From Spirochaetia bacterium (GTDB taxonomy: Bacteria; Spirochaetota; Spirochaetia; CAKZLE01), in the NCBI GenBank assembly GCA_963677595.1, contig OY782041.1:736001-800000 (forward strand): a stretch of 64,000 bases of DNA. Reading direction: 5' to 3'. The translations under genes were made by a program, and so were the position numbers. The notes below the pieces were generated by a model, which had not been told where the DNA came from, searched no databases, and saw nothing but the letters and a program-made list of their open reading frames with translations. Positions 59,332 to 64,000 of the stretch are shown piece by piece (position 1 is the stretch's first letter; each line of letters starts with the position of its first letter).

Positions 59332-60199
59332 GGCACCGGCAGTCTTCAACCCGGAGACGATCTTCGAGGCTCTCGATATCTACCAGCGGTACCCGCGTTC
59401 CATCCTCTGGGCCGGCGGGACCACCCTGATGAGCCAGCTGAGAGAGTACCCAAGCCATGACAACAAGGATATCCTCTATCTCGGGGGAGTCAGCGAACTC
59501 AGCCGCATCACCAGGACCGAGCGCTATATCGAGACCGGGCCGATGGTCTCGATCCAGCGGCTCCTCAATGTAGGCCAGCACATCCTGCACCCGGTGCTTG
59601 CCGATGCCTGCCGACGGCTCGGGCCGTCGATCATCAGGAACCAGGCTACCATAGGCGGGAACCTCTGCCACCCGAACCTCCGGCTCAACCTGGCGACCGC
59701 CCTCATGATCCTGGAGACCCAGGTGGAGATCAAGGATTCCAGGTCGACGAAATCATCGACGAGGTGGGTCCCCATCCACCGTCTCTACAAGCGTGACGGT
59801 TCGCTCGGCCTGCTCCACGGGGAGATCATCACCCGTATACGGGTCTTCTTCGAGGAGGCGAACTTCCAGCGGTTCCGGGTGATCGGCGATCCCTTCTGCA
59901 GCCCCAAGCTTGCCGTTATCTTCGCCGTCTTCGCCAAGTACGAGAAATCGACCATCTCGGAGTTCCGGTTCTCCCTCTCGCTCCCGGCGATCGATATCTT
60001 CAGGAGCAAGGATATCGAAGCGTCCATCACCAGCAGGGACCTCCCGCTCTCATCAAAGGAGATCGCCTTGATCTCGGGGCAGCTCAGGGAACTGCTCCAG
60101 GGGTACTCCTCCAAGATCACGAAGGTCCAGGTCGAGCGTTCGGGACGGGTCCTGGAGCAGACGCTCCAGAACCTCAACACCCGGGTCTTCGCGAACTGA
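59315..60199 (+). CDS. FAD-binding subunit (CoxM/XdhB-like)
   Basis: AGGTTL, IRNQATIGGNL; AGGAGG before GTG. Confidence 0.85.
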   Translation: MYEGVRAPAVFNPETIFEALDIYQRYPRSILWAGGTTLMSQLREYPSHDNKDILYLGGVSELSRITRTERYIETGPMVSIQRLLNVGQHILHPVLADACRRLGPSIIRNQATIGGNLCHPNLRLNLATALMILETQVEIKDSRSTKSSTRWVPIHRLYKRDGSLGLLHGEIITRIRVFFEEANFQRFRVIGDPFCSPKLAVIFAVFAKYEKSTISEFRFSLSLPAIDIFRSKDIEASITSRDLPLSSKEIALISGQLRELLQGYSSKITKVQVERSGRVLEQTLQNLNTRVFAN

Positions 60200-60268
60200 A
60201 CTCTTTACAGAGACAGATGGAGCTTGGTATAGTGAGGGGATCGAAAACCATAAGAATCTGAGGTTCCC

Positions 60269-63200
60269 ATGACTGAATTCGTACACCTGCACAACCACTC
60301 CGACTTCTCACTCCTCGACGGTGCGGCCCCCGTGGGCCGGATGGCTGCACGAGCCAAAGAACTGGGGATGTCAGCAATCGCGCTGACCGACCATGGGAGC
60401 ATGTTCGGGGCCCTGAGATTCTACCAGGCCTGCAAGAGCCAGGAGATCAAGCCGATCATCGGCTGTGAGTTCTATGTCGCCCCGAGTTCCCGCCACATCA
60501 AGTCGGGTACCGAGTCGGGGAACAAGTACTACCACATGGTGCTGCTGGCCATGGACGGAACAGGCTACAAGAACCTCATGTACCTCGATTCCGTTGCCTA
60601 TACCGAAGGGTTCTACTATAAACCGAGGATCGATGACGCCCTGTTGGAAGAACACCATGAAGGCCTCATCTGCCTCTCAGCCTGCCTTGCCGGGGAGATC
60701 GCCGTACACCTGTCGAACAACCAGCTCGAGACCGCCGAAGAGCGGGCTCTCTATTACCGTGACCTCTTCGGGAAGGAGAACTACTACCTGGAGCTCCAGG
60801 ACCATGGGATCCCCGAGCAGAAGACGGTGAACACCCGGATGGTCGCCCTCTCACAGAAGACGGGCATCCCCCTGGTCGCCACGAACGACCTCCACTACAT
60901 CGAGGCCGAGGATGCCAATGCCCAGGATATCCTGATCTGCATCGGTACGAACCGGAAGAAGCACGAATCCGGGCGGATGCGGTTCGAGACCGACCAGTTC
61001 TACCTCAAGTCAGGCGACGAGATGGCTGAGCTCTTCAAGTTCGCCCCCGAGGCTATAGCCAACACGGTGAAGATCGCCGAGCGGTGCAACCTGGAGATCG
61101 AATTCCCCGGCCCGCTGCTTCCTGATTTCGCGATCCCGGAGGAGTTCGACAACCCGGATGAGTATTTGCGGCATATCACCTACGAGGGGCTTGCCGAACG
61201 GTACCAGGAGATCACCGACGAGATACGCGAACGGGCTGAGTTCGAGCTTGGCATCATCATCGGGATGGGGTTCACCGGCTACTTCCTCATCGTCTGGGAC
61301 TTCATCCACTGGGCGAAGGAACATGATATCCCGGTCGGGCCGGGACGAGGGTCCGGGGCCGGCTCGATCGTCGCCTATGCCATGACCATCACCGATATCG
61401 ACCCGCTGAAGTACCAGCTCCTCTTCGAGCGGTTCCTCAACCCGGAACGGGTCTCGATGCCCGACTTCGATATCGACTTCTGCTTCGAAAGAAGGTCGGA
61501 AGTCATCGACTATGTCACCCGGAAGTACGGTACCGACCGGGTCGCGCAGATCATCACCTTCGGGACCCTCAAGGCGAAGGCGGTCATCAAGGACGTGGCG
61601 AGGGTCCTCGACATCCCCTTCTCCGAGACCAACGAGATCAGCAAGCTGATCCCCGCAGACCCGAAGATGACGATCGAGAAAGCCATGAAGGAGGAGCCGA
61701 AGCTCAAGGAGCTCGAGCAGAAGGGCGGGATCTATGCTGAGCTCTTCGACGTCAGCCGGAGGCTCGAGGGGCTGAACCGACACTGCTCCACCCATGCGGC
61801 TGGTATCGTCATCGGGAAGGATATCCTGACCGAGTATGTACCGCTCTACCGAGACTCCAAGACCGGGGGTATCTCCACCCAGTACACGATGGACCTGCTC
61901 GAGGAGTGCGGGCTGGTCAAGATGGACTTCCTCGGGCTGAAGACCCTGACCCTGATCAAGAACACCGTGGACCTCGTGAAGAAACGCGGTATCGATATCG
62001 ACATCAGCACCATCCCCGAGGACGATGAGAAGACCTATCACATGCTCTGGGACGGGCAGAGTTCCTGTATCTTCCAGTTCGAGTCTTCCGGCATGCAGGG
62101 GATCCTGCGTGATGCGAAGCCGAACTCGATCGAGGACCTCATCGCCTTGAACGCCCTCTACCGTCCGGGCCCGATGGCCAACATCCCGAAGTATGTCGCC
62201 AGTAAGAACGGTGTCGAACCGATCGTCTATCCCCATCCTGACCTTGAGGAGTCCCTGAAGCAGACCTACGGGGTCATCGTCTACCAGGAGCAGGTCATGC
62301 AGGTAGCACAGACCATCGGAGGCTTCACACTCGGCAAGGCCGATATCATGCGGCGTGCCATGGGGAAGAAGAAGGTCAAGGTCATGATGGAGATGAAGCA
62401 GGAGTTCATCGAGGGTGCCGTCTCCCGCGGCTACAAGGAGGACTTCGCCAACTACATCTTCGAGATGCTCGAGCCCTTCGCCGGCTACGGCTTCAACAAG
62501 TCCCATGCGGCAGCCTACTCGGTCGTCGCCTACCAGACGGCCTACCTCAAGGCCAACTACCCGGTGGAGTTCATGGCAGCCAACCTGACCAATGAGATCA
62601 ACTCTCCGGACAAGCTCACGACCTACATCAACGAGACCAAGAGCATGGGGATCGAGATCCTCCCGCCTGACATCAATCTCTCCGAGCAGCGGTTCAACGT
62701 CGCCGACGGGATGGTCATCTACGGGCTCAACGGGATCAAGAACGTGGGGACCGCAGCCGTCGATGCCATCATACGTGAACGGGAGGAGTCCGGGCCCTAC
62801 ACCTCCTTCATGGACTACCTCAACCGGGTCGACCTGAAGGTGGTCAACAAGAAGGTCCTGGAATCCCTCATCCAGTGCGGGGCCTTCGACAACCTTGGGG
62901 ATACCCGTTCGACCCTGCTGAGGAACCTCGAGGAGGTCACGGAGTACGTCTCAAAGCGGAAGGCTGCCGAACAGTTCGGGCAGGCCTCCCTCTTCGACAT
63001 CCAGGAAGAGGAGGAGCTCGGGAACTTCCAGATGCAGCAGGCTGAGGAGTTCTCCCTGGCTGAGAAGCTGCAGTTGGAGAAACAGCTGCTCGGCTTCTAC
63101 TTCTCCGGCCATCCCATGGATGAGTACCGCGACATCTGGAACCGGACCGTCCGGGTCGACCTCTCCAAGCCTGAGCACCTGATGGACAAGCAGGCCTGTA

Positions 63201-63691
63201 ACCTCGTGGGGATGGTGAACAGCGTCAGGTCCATCATCACCGCGAAGGGAGAACCGATGGCCTTCTGCCAGATCGAGGACTTCAACGGGAAGATCGAGCT
63301 CATCCTCTTCCCCAAGACCTGGGCCAAGTACCGCCACCTGATGGTCGTCGATGCGATCATCGGCTTCACCGGGAAGATCGATACGGCGAAGGGAGAGCCG
63401 AAGTTCCTCGTAGATACCGTCGTGGAACCGAACGAGCTCAAGCAGAGCGGGGTCTCCCAGGTACATGTGAAGATCGGCCGGGAGGTGTGCACCGACTCCA
63501 ACCTCAACTCCCTGCGGGACCTCTTCCTCGAATACCTCGGCAGCTGCTCCCTCATGCTCCACATCTATGACAGCACCTTCGAGAAGGAGCAGGTCGTGAA
63601 GGCTTCAGGACAATTAAATGTTGCTTTTTCCGATGATTTTATCGATACTTTAAAGAGGAACCCGCTTATATCAGATGTCTGGTATGTCTGA
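60269..63691 (+). CDS. dnaE: DNA polymerase III alpha subunit
   Basis: HLHNHSDFSLLDG PHP domain, GRGSGAGS, MPDFDIDF, YGFNKSH. Confidence 0.99.
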   Translation: MTEFVHLHNHSDFSLLDGAAPVGRMAARAKELGMSAIALTDHGSMFGALRFYQACKSQEIKPIIGCEFYVAPSSRHIKSGTESGNKYYHMVLLAMDGTGYKNLMYLDSVAYTEGFYYKPRIDDALLEEHHEGLICLSACLAGEIAVHLSNNQLETAEERALYYRDLFGKENYYLELQDHGIPEQKTVNTRMVALSQKTGIPLVATNDLHYIEAEDANAQDILICIGTNRKKHESGRMRFETDQFYLKSGDEMAELFKFAPEAIANTVKIAERCNLEIEFPGPLLPDFAIPEEFDNPDEYLRHITYEGLAERYQEITDEIRERAEFELGIIIGMGFTGYFLIVWDFIHWAKEHDIPVGPGRGSGAGSIVAYAMTITDIDPLKYQLLFERFLNPERVSMPDFDIDFCFERRSEVIDYVTRKYGTDRVAQIITFGTLKAKAVIKDVARVLDIPFSETNEISKLIPADPKMTIEKAMKEEPKLKELEQKGGIYAELFDVSRRLEGLNRHCSTHAAGIVIGKDILTEYVPLYRDSKTGGISTQYTMDLLEECGLVKMDFLGLKTLTLIKNTVDLVKKRGIDIDISTIPEDDEKTYHMLWDGQSSCIFQFESSGMQGILRDAKPNSIEDLIALNALYRPGPMANIPKYVASKNGVEPIVYPHPDLEESLKQTYGVIVYQEQVMQVAQTIGGFTLGKADIMRRAMGKKKVKVMMEMKQEFIEGAVSRGYKEDFANYIFEMLEPFAGYGFNKSHAAAYSVVAYQTAYLKANYPVEFMAANLTNEINSPDKLTTYINETKSMGIEILPPDINLSEQRFNVADGMVIYGLNGIKNVGTAAVDAIIREREESGPYTSFMDYLNRVDLKVVNKKVLESLIQCGAFDNLGDTRSTLLRNLEEVTEYVSKRKAAEQFGQASLFDIQEEEELGNFQMQQAEEFSLAEKLQLEKQLLGFYFSGHPMDEYRDIWNRTVRVDLSKPEHLMDKQACNLVGMVNSVRSIITAKGEPMAFCQIEDFNGKIELILFPKTWAKYRHLMVVDAIIGFTGKIDTAKGEPKFLVDTVVEPNELKQSGVSQVHVKIGREVCTDSNLNSLRDLFLEYLGSCSLMLHIYDSTFEKEQVVKASGQLNVAFSDDFIDTLKRNPLISDVWYV

Positions 63692-63731
63692 TTGAGGTTC
63701 CCGTGGTATACTACCAGGAACAGGAGTACAT

Positions 63732-64000
63732 ATGCAAACTGCGGCAGGGCTGCTCGGCGGCCTCTTATCACTCTACTCGCTGGCGATCGTCATCAGGATC
63801 GTCCTCTCATGGGGCGGCATGGGCGAACTCAGGTTCGGCTCATTCTACCGGATCCTCAAGCAGGTCACCGACCCCTACCTGAACCTCTTCAGGAACATCC
63901 CGGGACTCCAGAGGGGAAACCTCGACTTCTCGCCGATCATCGCCATGATCATCATCGGGATCGTCAACAACGTCCTCTCCATCTTCGCAGCCCAGGGAAA
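63732..64000 (+). CDS. yggT: YggT-family membrane protein (partial)
   Basis: Manual translation: IRIVLSW...VTDPYLNLFR.IP.....LDFSPII. Confidence 0.85.
   Translation, partial: MQTAAGLLGGLLSLYSLAIVIRIVLSWGGMGELRFGSFYRILKQVTDPYLNLFRNIPGLQRGNLDFSPIIAMIIIGIVNNVLSIFAAQG

Overview
A 64-kb chromosomal segment of a moderately GC-rich bacterium. The gene content (stand-alone groEL, RRM protein, X-clade pfk, degenerate XDH-like trio before dnaE) suggests a free-living spirochaete such as Sphaerochaeta; this is inference. Housekeeping genes include yajC, groEL, tRNA-Leu(CAA), ptsP, birA, argR, pgi, pfk, ligA, dnaE and yggT. There are two GGDEF proteins and a sensor/HD-GYP pair, and a ~19-kb sugar-catabolism island (25.5-44.9 kb) interrupted by a low-GC ParA/HATPase cassette. 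The most striking items are: (1) two different IS1634-family elements with very long direct repeats (94 bp and 564-567 bp) that leave the targeted birA/argR promoter region and pfk intact; (2) an unannotated ~95-nt candidate small RNA (48685-48780, minus strand) with the same anti-Shine-Dalgarno 10-mer in two hairpin loops; (3) several apparent pseudo-enzymes (degenerate PIN domain, histidine kinase lacking ATP-binding residues, XDH large subunit lacking Moco motifs). All protein calls are from motif recognition by eye, not database searches.
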